Part shown: in pieces, positions 39,074 through 53,022 of the stretch | Numbering within the stretch: the stretch's first letter is position 1 | How the letters are laid out: every line of letters starts with the position of its first letter | Source: Camelus dromedarius | Lineage: Eukaryota | Assembly (NCBI RefSeq): GCF_036321535.1 | Contig: NC_087436.1 | Span: forward strand, 73,038,001 to 73,102,000 | DNA: 64,000 bases | Direction: 5' to 3' | Notes under the pieces: generated by a model | What the model saw: the letters and a program-made list of their open reading frames with translations, nothing else | Database searches by the model: none | Told to the model about the DNA's origin: nothing | Translations under genes and position numbers: made by a program

Positions 39074-41924
39074 TATAATTATTTATTAAATTTTAATAAA
39101 ATTGTAAAATAATAACATAGTATTTTTCTGTTGACTCTGGAAAAGTAAAAGAAATATCATTAAGAAAAAATCTTGGTATATTTTGATATCTTTTTACATT
39201 TCTCATATCCTTTTGAGAGTTCCCTATATGGCTGAGCTGGATTAAGGCAAAAAAAATTTACTTCCGTAATAAGGTATGACAAAGTAAATCCATATTTCTG
39301 GGTATTACTGTTTACGGTACTCTAGCAAATAAAATACTGCTGGGTTGTTTTTCTTAATGCTTTTATTACTGCCCTTGGCGTAATACTCGAGATGTCCCCT
39401 GAGAACTGTCGTTAAGCCAAGACTGAATTCAGAGCAGTCTTTAAGGAGAGTTGGTTAATAGCATTCAGATGTAAGGGTCGCCCCTGTTTCAGGAAGAAGT
39501 CTCGCTCCCTGCGGGCTCCTTTTGGTCTAGGGAGAGCTGGATGAGGGGAATGCTCCTGGATTTTAACACAGATCAGACGCTGCTGTGTGCTGGTCAGCTT
39601 GTCCTAATGCTATGGGAAAAGCGGATGAGCCACGCTGTGTGCTGTTTTTAGAAACCCAGCCTTGTTCAAAGGAAAGCTGGGATCAGGCAACCTAAACAGG
39701 TAGTTATGACAAATTTCAGGCAGGAAAGAGGCTTCATTTGTGTTGGTAAAGGTTGTAATTTTAAGTGAAGTCAAGCGACTTTAAAACCATGGTACCCAGG
39801 AACTGTGCCGACTTGTGTGCCCTGGTTGGCATCAATTACAAACCTGTGCCCCCTGCATCCTTAAAGTACAGCTGATGTGTCTGCAGGGGAGACAAATGAG
39901 GAAAGAAGGAAACACAAATGCAAATCTTTTATGATCTTAACAGAGATTCATGTTCCTCATACAGCTTTTTAACTATATGCTACCCAAGTAGGTAAAATGC
40001 TTTTAGAGAAAAGTAAAGCCAGTCCCCAAACCAGGGTTTCTGATTACAGGATGTGGAGAAGTATAGATATCAGAGATCTTGCCCCAAAGTTTGAATCCCA
40101 AGTCTTCCCATTAACCAATCCCCATTAACTAAATGGCTTTTAGCTAAGCGTACAAACACGAAGCAAAAGATTCCAGTTGTGGTAATATTTGACTCATGCT
40201 GATAAAGCTCACCTCTGCCACTCCATGTGAAGAAATGACTAAGCAGTGATTTAACGATTTAAAGAGTTGAAAGGATGGGTCAGTGACAAAAAGGACTAAC
40301 TTACGGAGACAAGCTTGGATTGCGTTAATTAAAAACAATTCTGTAGCAGATTTTCATGCAAGCTGTATGCCTTATAAAGGAGTTTTAATTTTGCACCATA
40401 ACTGCTTATAAAGTTCAGTTTAAAAATAGCTACACTTTCAGAAGAATAAGTTATTTTATGCATTACTTACTTTGGATCTAGACAAATAAAGAAATATACT
40501 TGGCATCCTTGGCTTGAAGGGACTTTCAGTCAAGAGAGCATGCAGAACGTGCCCACATAAAGCCATCAGTGTAACAGTGTACTTCATGCGTCTTTGTCTT
40601 GTATGTACAAGCGTAACTACCCAAAGCTACATTTGTCAGTATTAGTTCGATACTAGAATAAGTTTATTGAATTGTGCCATAGAAAGTAAGAGGGCAAACA
40701 CCTAGAAAAAGAGGGTTTGAGATGAGCAGACGCCACTGGGGGTGATTTCCAAGAGAAAGTTGAACTTGAAAAAGTGCCTGCAAATCATGCTTCCTCCCAG
40801 AACACTTCCGTGGTCCCCCCTCCCCACACTGTTGATCCCAAACACTGCCTCTGACTTTCAGAATTCTCCATGATCTGTCCCGAGTACCCAACCATTTCAT
40901 GGTCCCTATTCATTTCCATTACACCGTCTTATGTCGACTGTGGCCTTAGTTTTGTCACCTCTGTAAATTGTGTGACCTTCAATAAGGCAAACCACTCCTT
41001 CAGTAGCTCAGTATCGCAGTCTCCTAAGCCATCATGTGAAGGGAGCCGGCTTTTCAAAGGCCTTCATCTGTCCTTATGTACAAAGCACTTCCTCTCATCT
41101 AATTCTCCCAACAGCCCTGTGAAGTGGAGAGGATCGGGATCATCCCAGGTTTTAGATGAGGACACCAGTCAACGTGCTTGTCTCCAAGTTCAGTGCTAAT
41201 CCTTCAAGCCTGGAAATGTTAGGTGTTTTCTCTGTCTGGCTAGTTCTTGCCTCAGACCTTCACTGCTGTCTCTTCAAGTCCTGTCTATTCTTTAGAGAAC
41301 AGTTTCATTCACATCTCTTCCCAAGACTACTCTGACTTTTATAGACACAAACCCTTCCCCAAGTTAGAGATAGAAACACAGGGTTTGGTACCACCCACCT
41401 CCCACCTTCCCCGCCCACCTGTCTGTCCATCCAGTCCTGCACTCCCCTGTGTGGTCCCTGAGCCTGACTCTCATCTCTGCCCCTGGGTAGTAAAACCTCA
41501 GAGGCCTGCCTGTGGCTTCTGTCCACGCTGCACTGTCCCAGCTCAAGAGGAGCCTGGGGAGCTCAGTCGCGAGAGGCTTGTGGGATTGTTGGGGTCAGAC
41601 GGAGATAAGCTTAGCTGCCCTTGGCATGGAGTAGAGTAGGAGGAAAAACAGGAGTAAATCCAAGCAGCACTCAAGGCCAGAAGTCAAAGCGACCTTCAAT
41701 AATGGTCAAATTAGGATCCACCCAACTGATAGTATCCCCAAACTGAGATTTTCTTTTTCGCTTTTTTCTCCCCCATATCACAACCTACACGTTCATGCCT
41801 GCACACGCACACCCGCAGACACACTCCCGAGAGCAAATCACAGTCCTTGTGCACCCTGGGGTGTTGTAAATACTGCTAAGTAAGCATTAGGCAGCCCTCC
41901 TGACCACAGCACAGGCTAGAAACC

Positions 41925-42482
41925 AGCGGCGTGGCCCTCCTCAGGTCGCCCTTCTGTGACGGTGTCTGCCGCTCACTAGTCCTCCTCCCAGTTAACTGAA
42001 TCACTGAGCTTAGACCCCTCTTCGCCAGCGCCCATAAGAGGAGGCAACCCCCCACACAGCCCCTCGCTGGGCCCCGGCTCCTGGACAGCCAGCAGCAGGC
42101 AGACAGAGGACAGACCCGGGTGGCGGGTTTCATCCGCCGGTGGACTCGGCTCTAAGACTCGAGTCCGGGCGGCGGGAGAGCCCAGCGGGGAACGGCGTGG
42201 CCTCTAGAGTACGCCCCCGTGTGCGGGGCCTCTCATTACCAGCCGTGTGTCTCTCAGCCCTTAGTTTCCCAGTTCTCTCATGTGTCAATGCAGGTAACAA
42301 CAGTGCCTGCCTTCCAGAGTTCTGGGGAGGAGTCTTTGAATTGAAAGGAGCGAGGCTTCTGCAGCAATCCCTGGCACAGAGCAAGTAACGAAGCGCCAGT
42401 TGCCGCGAGCTTTGTTTTTGCAGTTGTCTGTTACCATGACCATCGCGGTTTGAAGGAAGGAGTCTCGATGTGAGACTGGCGC
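41925..42482. promoter_or_regulatory. Intronic CpG-island-like region in intron 2
   Basis: About 34 CpGs by hand count in ~560 bp (14 in 42121-42240), against a CpG-depleted background. Confidence 0.65.
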
Positions 42483-45263
42483 TGTGAAGAGGGAGCAGGC
42501 TTTCCCCAGGGTGATAAAGAGAGATTTGGGCGCACACAAAGGTCAGCCCTTAAGCCCTTTTCCTCACCCATCGCCCACATCCGCAGACAAGTGCTTTGAA
42601 AGAGAAAGAATTCCCCCGAGACATACTGTTCCTTTCCTCTTGGTGACCTTGACTAGAGGAGCCGCCACACACTCTGAAGCAGCCACCTGCTCCTCTTCTC
42701 ACCTATTCTCTCGACCAGGAAGAGGAAAGAAAAGAGCAAGAATATTGAAAAACAGTCAGGAGGTTCATTAAAGACATCTCAAAATAGACCAGACACACAC
42801 ACATACCCGGGAACTCGGTCAGAGTACTCACACGGGATTCTAAGCTGACTGATGAGTTTCCACGGAGAAGGTAGTTCAGGAGTCACAGATAGTTACAAGC
42901 CACCTTCTTTCTGTCACCAGGGGGAAGTCACCTCTTCTGCCCCCTGGCTCTTTCAGAGCAGTGACAACTTTTTTCAAGAGCCCAGTAAGGCTCTTTCTTT
43001 CAGAGGCTGTTTGGGTTCCTACCATCACATCCTAAGATTCTCATTTCTGGATACTTTTGCCAAAGAGGTCAGATGAAATGTCTCTTTCACCTTTAAAATG
43101 GGGAAAAAAGAAACCTCCTCCATGAGACAAGTCCCAGAGGAACACTTGAGGTTTGGGAACATTGCTGAGCCCAGGAAGACAGGAAGGCACCTTCAGGACA
43201 AATGAAGGGGAAGGTAGTCTGGGCAGGAGCAGAGCCCCGCCTGAGTGTGGAGGACTTCCTGCGTCTGGAAGGGGCTAGTAGGAGTGTGTTAAAAGATGGG
43301 TTGTCTGTGGTAGGAGAGGCAGGCGTTGGGGGAGAGAGCCCTTAAAGTAATCCCATAGTTGGTTCCAGGATGGCCCAGGCACAGAACAGAGTCAAGCAGT
43401 GCGAGTGATGCCCCCAGGGAAGCCCTCTTCCTCGGGTGGTCTGACCAGGTCTGACCAGGCACCTGGCCTTCTGGGATTTTCTCTGGCTACTTCGAGGATA
43501 TTATCTGACTCTATTCAAACAGAGATTCCTAAAATAACTCTCCTCCATGGGCCTGGCAAGCATGTGCTGGGGTGGTTGGACCATAGCTGTGGTCATAAGA
43601 AGAGATGTTCGGGTGAGGCCTGGAGCCGAAGTTCCAAGAAGGACAGGTGGGGAGATGGGAAATTTCTTAGCACAGTGATTGGTCCCCAAACTGCCAGTTA
43701 GCTTTTTTTCTTTCTTTGCCAATATTATATTTAATCATTCAAAATTTTATTTAAAAAAGGATTGAAGTATCCACTATGGGCTAGAGACCATGCCTGGTGC
43801 TAAGACAGCAGGTAGAAGAGAAAGAGATGCAAGATGAGTATGGTTATGTCTGGGGGAGCTCATACACACAGCGCAAAGCGCTTAAGAGCAACAGACACAA
43901 GGAGCTGCTGAGAACACACAGAAACTCTACTTCTTGCTTGGGGGCATCAGGAGAGCTTTCCGAAGGTCGGTATTTAGTGGTCGTGTAGAAAGCGTAGGAG
44001 TTGGTCAAGCTGAGAAAAGGGCCAGGGAAGTAACCAGTAGATTAATGATTAAACATACAAACCCCAGGAAATAGTCCTGTTAGCTTAATCATTGACCAGA
44101 TTGTAAAGCCTGCATCAAGCTCTTAAATCTGCCTGAGCCCTACCTGCCCATCCCTAAAATGGGACTAAACCTACTCATTCATAAAGAGAATTAAATGAGG
44201 TCATAGCTGTGAAGTTCTTGGCCCAGCGCTGGACCAAAGTAACCACTTGCAAGTGTAGACGAGGTTATTCTGTAGCCTGTTCTGGTTCTTTTGCTCTGAG
44301 TTGTTAGGAAAGTGGTGAAATGGCCCCCTGAGAAATCCCTGCCTTCGGAGAGGCCCAGCATTCAAGGAGGCTTTGGCTCCTAGCTTTACAACAACACTCT
44401 GGTCAGGCAGAACAGGTGGGCACAGGGGGATGTGCTAGCATCATGGAATATTCTTGCATTCCAGCTTCGAAAATACACAGAGACGTTTCCTCCAGTTCTC
44501 TCTTAATTTCTTCTGGTTCCAGGACCTTACAGCATGAGTCACACTGAGCCTGTAACCCACACATCCCAACCAGGAAGACTGGCATGGGCCACCTTCCCAT
44601 CCCCCACTCCCAGGGCGCAGGCACCCCGCCTCCCTGACACTCCCCCCTTCACAGGACAGGGTCTCCCCGCCCCAGCCACCCCATCCTCGTTTTTTTGTTT
44701 TCTCTCCTGCCTCATCTCAAATGAAGAAAGACTAGGAGAAGAAGAGGAATATTTAACCAGAGCCCAGGGGGAAATGACATCTGTTCTCACAAGGAAGACA
44801 TCGAGCCTTTTCCCTTACCATGTAAAGTTATGCTTGTGTTGGCTCAGCAACCCCCTCCGATGCTCAAGGGATGCCCTGAGGTGAGGAACTTTCCAGGGCA
44901 AGCTTGCCGGCTGCTTCTGAGGGTGGCAGCTGCTGTGAAGGGGAAATTGAGCTCAGGACCCAAGACCTCCTAGGCAGGGGGCCAATTAAGGTCTTCTAGT
45001 TCCAGAAGACCCTGGCCCCCACCGTGGCACTCTCCAAGGAGATCTAGGGGGTAGCAGAATAGTTCATAAGGTGGCCTAAATATTTAAGGACCGTCTATCT
45101 TCCCTCACAGGTTTTGGCCTCTGTTGGGGCTGTACCAACCCTCAGAAGTGGCCCTTTGCTCAGCTGCCCTCAAGGGCCCATGGGGGAAAAGTCACCTGCT
45201 AATTCCAGCTCAGGTCACACGGGCTGCCCTTTGTGAACAAGTAGGTGGCCTTGAAGAGCCCCA

Positions 45264-45634
45264 CTTTTTTACATTTTTTATTGAGTTATATTCATTTTAC
45301 AATGTTGTGTCAAATTCCAGTGTACAGCACAATTTTTCAGTTATACATGAACATACATATATTCATTGTCACATTTTTTTCTCTGTGAGCTACCACAAGA
45401 CCTTGAGTATATTTCCCTGTGCTATACAGTATAATCTTGTTTATCTATTCTACATATGCCTGTCAGTGTCTACAAATTTTGAACTCCCAGTCTGTCCCTT
45501 CCCACCCGCTGCCCACTTGGCAACCACAAGTTTGTATTCTATGTCTATGAGTCTGTTTCTGTTTTGTATTTATCTTCTTTTTTTTTTAGATTCTACATAT
45601 TAGAGATCTCATATGGTATTTTTCTTTCTCTTTT
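45264..45634 (-). mobile_element. Young 5'-truncated L1 3' end with TSD
   Basis: TSD ttgaagagcccca at 45251-45263 and 45635-45647; same subfamily as 58091-58572. Confidence 0.92.
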
Positions 45635-45722
45635 TTGAAGAGCCCCATTTGAAGACTGCCCTGACAGCCAGACAGTCACCAGTCACTTAGAGAGGAAGTG
45701 GATCACTCTATCACTCACCATT

Positions 45723-45748
45723 AAAAAAAAAAAAAAAAAAAAAAAAAA
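45723..45748. repeat. Poly(A) tract (26 nt)
   Basis: Direct observation. Confidence 0.95.
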
Positions 45749-47890
45749 CCAGCACTTGGGTTGGGAAACTGCCTGTTTTATCTTTAGTAAGAGGTGGTAT
45801 ATAAATATATTCAGTAAATCACAGAGTTGGAGGAGCTCCAACTACCTAGAATTACAGAAGAAACTGAAAAAAGTCAGACCTATGATTTCCTGCATTAAAT
45901 GTATCCTGGGGCAAGAAAGAAGGGTCTTAAAGAGAAATCAACTATATTCTTTCTCTTCTCCCATTTATTTTTTTTGAAAGGGGGAAATTAAATTTAAAGA
46001 TCAGTTTTCAAAACTGCTTCTAATTGCAATCACTATATCTTTTTGAATCTTGACAATATCCCCATCACCTTACCTGGCAGTAATAATCTCATTTCACAAG
46101 CTCTTAAAAGAGTTGTTAAGGGGCTTCAATGAACTTTGAATTGTTCTAATTTCAGCATAGTTTGGAGGCTGAGCAGCTAAGTGAAGCCTTTCAAAGTAGG
46201 AATAGAGGTTTCTCATAAGGGGATCCAACTTCGAACTTTACTTGATCCAGTCTGCATATTTGAGTATTCAGTGCCATAATTCTATCTTGACAGTAGTAAA
46301 AGGGGGAAGGAAAATGTACTGATAATAACCTGCATGGACATATCAAGGTCTGGTCTTAGTTTCTACATTTGCAGTACCTCCTTGGCTCTCTTTTAGAAAT
46401 TATAACGAGTGAGGGCCTTCTCACTCTGGATGTTTGCCATAGCCTTCTTTCACCCAAAACTTTGGGGGAGTTACTAAAGAGTTAATGAGTAGACTGATTT
46501 TCGTCCTAGCTCTGCTCTAATTCCTTTGGTGGAAGGGCTCAAAAAAAAGAACAGTGTACAAAAACTATTTATAAGGTGGGGGAGGGAATAAAAGGAGAAA
46601 TGGCAAAATAATCTACAAATGGTAAATCTCCAAAAATGTCAGGCGGACCCGTCACCTTTAAGATGCAGTCACAAGAGACGGGCACGGGTCCAGGAAGGTG
46701 TATTTGGATAGGACTTTGCCTTTGGCACAAGCATCTCGTTTAATTTTCTTAAAACTACATGGGAGGGTAGAACAGCTCTCCTTTCTCTGTCAGTGCAGGT
46801 GAGTGTTGGTCGACGGGGTTAAGTAAACAGCCCACGGTCACACAGCCAGTAATGATGGAACCACACTTGAATCCACATGGACTCCAGAGCTGATGCTCTT
46901 TCCAGTGTGTTTGACAGTCTCATTCATTTGTTGAAGCAGAAAATAATTTCTCAGTGGCCTGAAAGGGTACATGGGGTTCCTAATACCAACTTTAGTGCCA
47001 AAAAGTCACTTTAACTATTAGGGGACAAGAGCCCAATTGATTCTTGGCATTTCTGAAGTGAAATATAACTGAAACATACATATTATTAGTCACCAGCTCA
47101 CACAAAAAGAGTGTTGTGCTTAGAAGTAGTAATCTCTGGAAGCAATATGGTTATTCTTACAAGACTACATGCTCAAAGCGTTTTTTTTTTTAACTGCCCA
47201 TTAATAGTTACCTTTGGAACCAGATTTTTAAACTACACAATAAAACATTCATGTTGGACCTGGTTGTTTCTACAAACAACAAATAGTGTTACCTACCAGA
47301 CTTGACCTTATTTTATGCACCAAACTTGACTTTATCCTCTACAAAATCAAATTCACCTATCAAGGATGAAAACTGAACACACCTCCCAAAGAGGCATTTG
47401 GTTTTTTTTTAATGCTTTGATTTGATGGCATCATTAAAGTTAATGCATCTCCTACCAAGATGACCCTTTTGAAATGGACGTGACTGATATAGTTGTGTGG
47501 TTCTGGTTTATTAAAAAGCCAACCAAATTATTTTGTCATGACACTTGAATAAAACATCCTAAGTCTTCCAGTATTTTGCAAGTGCTCGAAAGACAAGCTA
47601 GAGCATATAAAAGAAGAAACTAAGACGTCTGGAGATTTTAAATCCCTTACCCCTGCACACAGCAGCAACAGATTGGCAGCATTCTTAAAAAGATAATCAG
47701 ATATTACTGTGGACTGTTTTCTGAACTCCAGGCCAGCCAAAAAGTCTTGATAGATATTGGCCATTTACCGGAATTAGCCTAGGCTGAGAAGCATTTTGGC
47801 AGCAGCGTTAAGCTCCAGGGTTTTGTCGCAGCATGATCTGAAATGAATACCCTTCCTTCATCTTCTTTCTGTGCCTTCTCTCCTTCACAG

Positions 47891-47969
47891 GCAGCATCGC
47901 GGCCATTACGGTGACAGTCATTGCTGTGGTGTTGCTGGTGTTTGGAGTGGCAGCATATCTAAAGATCAG
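47891..47969 (+). CDS. PARM1: PARM1 coding exon 3: transmembrane helix (79 nt, phase 1 to phase 2)
   Basis: Long polypyrimidine tract ending tccttcacAG|GC at 47890/47891; donor ATCAG|GTaaga at 47969/47970. Translates (G)[25 protein letters not shown](R) in frame with exon 2. Too short to appear in the ORF track. Confidence 0.97.
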
Positions 47970-48859
47970 GTAAGACACACTTCTGTCTTCTTTATCAAGA
48001 ACAGAATTCCATTTTGTCGGGCTCCAGGCTGAGAGCAGTTGTGCTGAACACTTGTTTCTTGATAAGGACCTTAGCTCTCAGAAATACTGGCAGGGAAGTG
48101 AAAATGGCCAGTGTCCTCCCCCCTGGACAGAAATAGATGGGACAGTCGCTGCAAGTTGGCAGCAGAAGAAATAGTTGGAATATACAGCATGATGATGTAA
48201 TGGAATGAGAATGAACCTGGAGGCAGGAGATGGGGACCTCAGACCTTTGCCCTTAACTCAGGCCCTCACCCTGAGAAAGCCACATGCCTCCTGAACCTCA
48301 CCTGGTCTCATCTGTGAAATGGGAGAGACGGGTGGGCTCAGTGGCTTCTAAATACCGATGCTCTGAATGCTGATGTGGGGGGGGGGGGTGCCCAGTCTGT
48401 CAGAAGTTTCTAACTGCTTCTAAAGCAAAACGTTGAAAATATAAGGAAGGTGTACTGTTTTCGATAAAACTGATTTTTTTCCCCATGAGATTGTAGGCTT
48501 ATATTTTTGGTTTTAAAATATCCTTTCTCTTATGAAAAGAAGGTGATCACAGACGGTGGCTGAGTTTTTACTTTCCTTAGCCAAAGAGAAAGTGGTAGTA
48601 CTCTGTGAGTCCCCGACTTCTGTTGCCTACTGCTCTGTGAAATCCCAGACTCAAAAACCACATTCCTCACACCGAGTGTCCTTCCAGCTGTAAAATGCCA
48701 AGAGGCAAGTGGCCATCTGGTTGTCCAGGCTGTGCGGTGCCTGTAGTGAGGACAGGTGGCCGCCTGCTGCCGTGATGTGCACGGCCACTCCCTGACCCCC
48801 GCACATTGTCCTCCCAGCTGCAGGAGCCAGCTTTGTGGGAGCCCCTCTGACCTGTCACT

Positions 48860-49360
48860 CCTTCCCTCAAATGCCCAGTGGGTTCCCCTTCCCTTAGAAT
48901 TAAATTGACCCCTCAGCCTGGCCCTGAGTTCCTTCTTGGACCCGCCCTGCCCACCTCTTCTTGCTCATCACACATTTCTCTCTGTTAACCACCGCGCCAC
49001 AGTCACCCTGGCTTTCTGTCCAACATTAGAACGCACCAGGTTCTCTGTCTGTCCAGGTCCTCGGTTCTTGTTGGTCCCCTCGCTGGGACGCTCTTCTCCG
49101 AGCTCTCCCCCGTGCACGGCTTCCAGGTTACATCCTCCAGGAGACTTCTCCTCCGGTCTGGGACTCTCTTAGTGCCCCAGTGAGTTTCATCCTGGCTATT
49201 ATCATTGTCTATGCTTTTTATTTGTTTTCTTCTATATTTGCTTGCTTGTCTGTTGTCTCTTCTCCCCACAAAAATGTAAGCTGAGTGAGGATCCGGAATT
49301 TATCTGTGAGCACGGTGTTGGTACAAAGAAGATGCTCAACACATTGAATAAATGAACAAC
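48860..49360 (+). mobile_element. L2 LINE 3' relic
   Basis: C/T-rich body ending aaaatgtaagctg...gatgctcaacacattgaataaatgaa. Confidence 0.65.
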
Positions 49361-51149
49361 TGGACGTAGAACACAATCATCCAGGCACCCTCACCACACA
49401 CACGCACACTCCCAACTTTTTCTCGTCACAGCTATGCTTCTTCCTCGAGGAGCGTGTCCTGGTTCCCCACGTGGAGCACATGTATTTAGGGTTTCATCTC
49501 CCGTGCACACGTCCCCTTTGCTGCCCTCTCTCATCTCCTCCAGTCACCCTCACCCAGACCAGCACCCACTTGGGAACACCCTCCTTCCCTTTTATCTCCT
49601 TCCATCTTTTGCTCTACATGTGAACCAGACCAATCTAATGCTGTGTCAAGTGTGAGTGCCTTGTAATATCACTGCTATCTAAGGGACAGAGGACAGGAAA
49701 GCCAGCTTTCAAAGAGAAAGTGGAATTAAAGTGCCAGCATTACCTGTATCTTTTATAAAAGGATCCAGAGGTCTTCAAATTAAAACAAACAAACAAAGAG
49801 AAAAACTTTCTCTTCATCAAGTCTATATTTCCTTGAGCATCAGCTTTATGAATTATCTCTTACTGAAAGCTACCCTTTTCCATCTGGCTTGATTACTAGT
49901 TCATCACCGTGGATGCACTATGTTTAATTCTGAGTTAAAGTTGGCTTCTATGAACTTGTCTGGGTACCTCACTCCCACTTTGCAGCAGAATTTCTCTCTG
50001 TGTTTGGGAGATGGGTGGGGGGTGGGGAGCAGCATTGCTTAGAAAAAAGAGCATCTGGGGAAACATCAGAGTCATTCTGGAATCACCAGTGGTGAGTTTC
50101 TGAAGGGCTAGGTCACCAAAAATACGACCTCCATGGTGTGTGGAGCAAAATAGAAACACTTCACTCTCGCCACACACTTGCCAAAAATGATGTTAAAATA
50201 ACCTCAGGACCCTTCCTCTTGACTCCAGCAAGAATTCAAGTTTACCACCTGAAGCCTACCCATGACTACAGATAGGCAGACTAGAACAGTGACTAAGAAT
50301 TCAGACTCCAGAAGCAGGGAGACCTCAGTTCGAATCCCAGCTCTACTGCTTTCTGGAAGTTTCTACCATCACCTGGGTGTGTGACAGAGTTTCACAAACC
50401 CTCACATCCCTCCCCTGAAAGATAAGGGCCATCGTTTTAACTACCTGGTTAAAAACCATTGTTAGGAGGATTAATGGACACTGCTTCCCAAGTACCTAGC
50501 TCTGCCACCACCATCATTATCATCACTGTCATCCAAATGGTCAGCTGGGAGGGACCCAGTAGGCCAGGTGCTCAATAGACAGTGACAGCGATAGCCATGT
50601 GCCAGGCACTCTTCTAAGCAATGAGGTCACATCGGTGATGAGACACAGTCCTGCCATCTCAGAACTTACTGGTTTGGAAAATTTTGTTAGCAGGCCATTA
50701 AAATCCGTTCTAATGAGTGCTGGTTAAAATTGCAGAACATTTTATTTTAAAAATTTAAAGCATGTTTTTTCTCCAAGCATTCTCAACACTAGGTAAATTC
50801 AGTGAATGACTAAATCGAGCTAGTCATTGTTTCTCTCCCCTATAGTGCAGGTCCTCCCTCTTAATGTAGAAAGGCCCCCATTGGTACAAGAGTGATACTT
50901 ATCTTTGGCACTACAAACTTAAGGATGGGTAAAGTGATCAGATCCCTGTTTAGAAACCCCCTAAGGAAAACCCCTTTCTGCTGCTCTGTTAGTTATTTCT
51001 GAAAAAGGAAGCATAAGGAGGTTAATAACTCTCATGAAACTTAAGGCTGTGCTGAAACCCCTTCAAGTGTTATTTTACCAGATTCTTGGAAAGCCCCACT
51101 TAATCGCTCATCAAAAATACATTTGGCTCAATTGACAAAAGTGCATGCA

Positions 51150-51152
<3 letters not shown>

Positions 51153-51182
<30 letters not shown>
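51153..51182. repeat. (GT)n microsatellite
   Basis: ~15 GT units. Confidence 0.95.
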
Positions 51183-51183
<1 letters not shown>

Positions 51184-52869
51184 TGTGTACCTAGAGTTGA
51201 ATTTTGCCTTGCCTGGAAATGTGTTTGATTCCTATTGTCCCGGACTTCTGAGAACAATAACATGACAAGAGGTATGTTGTCTGTGGTTTTTTTAGCTCAC
51301 TTGGCTGGAGCAGCAAGTGACTGAAACACAGCCCACGAGGGAAGCATTAGCTTCTGGCCCACAACCATGGGCTATCGCCCGGGCCCAGCCAATGTCCTGG
51401 CAAATGCACAGAATAGTCCACTTGAAAGGACAGCTTCACAACCAGAAAAACGGTGCTCCTTGCAAGCTCTGCTAACAGTGGCTCAGGAGTTTTATCTTTA
51501 CCCAAATTCAGGTTCCCTCTGAAGGTGTCGGTAAATGCATTACCTGTCTGTTTTTACACTCCTACTCTTCTGGGCCCCGTGACCCCTAGTTTTGTCACAG
51601 CTTCTCCTGCCTGGAGAGCCACATCTTTCTGTAACCTGAGCCACTTTGGGATGCAATTTATGAAAAATGAACAGCCCTGAACCTTCCAGGGCTCTTTTCT
51701 ACTCCGTCTCCCCCTACCCCACAACACCCACTGTCGCCAGGGGAGGAAAGTGGCCTCGGCAATCAGGTTCGATACTGCCCCTTCTACTTATTATTTAGGT
51801 GGCCTTGGGCAAATTATAATCTCCCTGATCCTTAATGTCTTCACTTGCAAAAATAAAGCTGCTAATACCTATCTGTCACAGTTGTCCAGAAGATGAGATG
51901 AAGTCATGAATGTAGAAAGATAGCTCACGGTGGTTAAGGACATGGACCAGAGGGCAAGTTTATTCATCCCTCTGTGTTCAGTGTCTTTGTTTGTAAAATG
52001 GGACTAGAATACTGATCCCTAACTCAGGACTGTTTGTGAGGATTAAGTTATGACGCAGATAAACATTCAGTGCTGGGGCTGAGGTGGAGGTGATGGAAGA
52101 GCTAACTGCTGTCAGCGTTGTAATTGTCATCGTGGGCTTCCAGCTTAGGCACTCCGTAAAATGGTAGCCGCCAGCAGCCCCACTCCACAGGCATCAGGGA
52201 TTCAAAGGAAGAAGGAGAGGAGGAGGAAGAGGATACAGCAGCTCAGTTTTCGAATTGTGTATCGACGCGCAGACTTCTGTGTTCCATCTTGGCAGTTTCA
52301 ATTGTGCTTCTTCTGCACGCATGTTATACATTCACTGATAGAAACTATCTCTGAGAAATCTTTATTCCAGCACTTGTTTGCAACCTTAAAAAAAAGTAAA
52401 GGTCCGCCTGCCTCTAGCAGAAGGGTGTCTTTAATTAGTGATGATAGAAGAATGAGGTAAGTCGGGTTTGTTGTGTTGAAATTGGCTCAAAACTGTTGAT
52501 AATCTCCTGGGCAGGAGACCGTATCTGCTGTCACCAGCAGTGTGGATGCTGCTATAATTAGGTGTGCTGGTAACCCAGGCAGATAACGTGGCTGTTCCCC
52601 TCACAAAAATAAATGTGATCTTGACGTATAGACACAATAGAGCCTGGTTCTTAAGACATCTTGTTAGAAGTCATCTGTTTTGCTTCAAGCCTTCTAGCGA
52701 TCATGTTTTATACAACTGGATTCCTTCTGGTTGTTGTCAGGTTTAAAAAGTAGTCCCATGAAGAGCCAGCCATGAAGTCTAAGATCTTCTAGAGTTTGGT
52801 AGCTACAGGTTTGCTTCTTCAGGTTAGCCTTGGGTGTTCTATAGGTCTAGATGGCTGGATTCTCTACCT

Positions 52870-53022
52870 CAGTGGTTCTCAAACTTCTATGTGCATAAGA
52901 CTCAATGGGCATGTGTACTACAAACCCACTTTCCTGGGTCTCAGCCCCATAGATTCTGACTCAGTGTGTCAAGATGGGTGATACCAGTGCTGCTGGTCCG
53001 AGGACCAGACTTTGAGGAACCC
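52870..53022. mobile_element. MER5-like hAT-Charlie element (internally deleted)
   Basis: cagtggttctcaaactt...agattctgactcagt...gctgctggtccgaggaccagactttgag. Confidence 0.8.
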
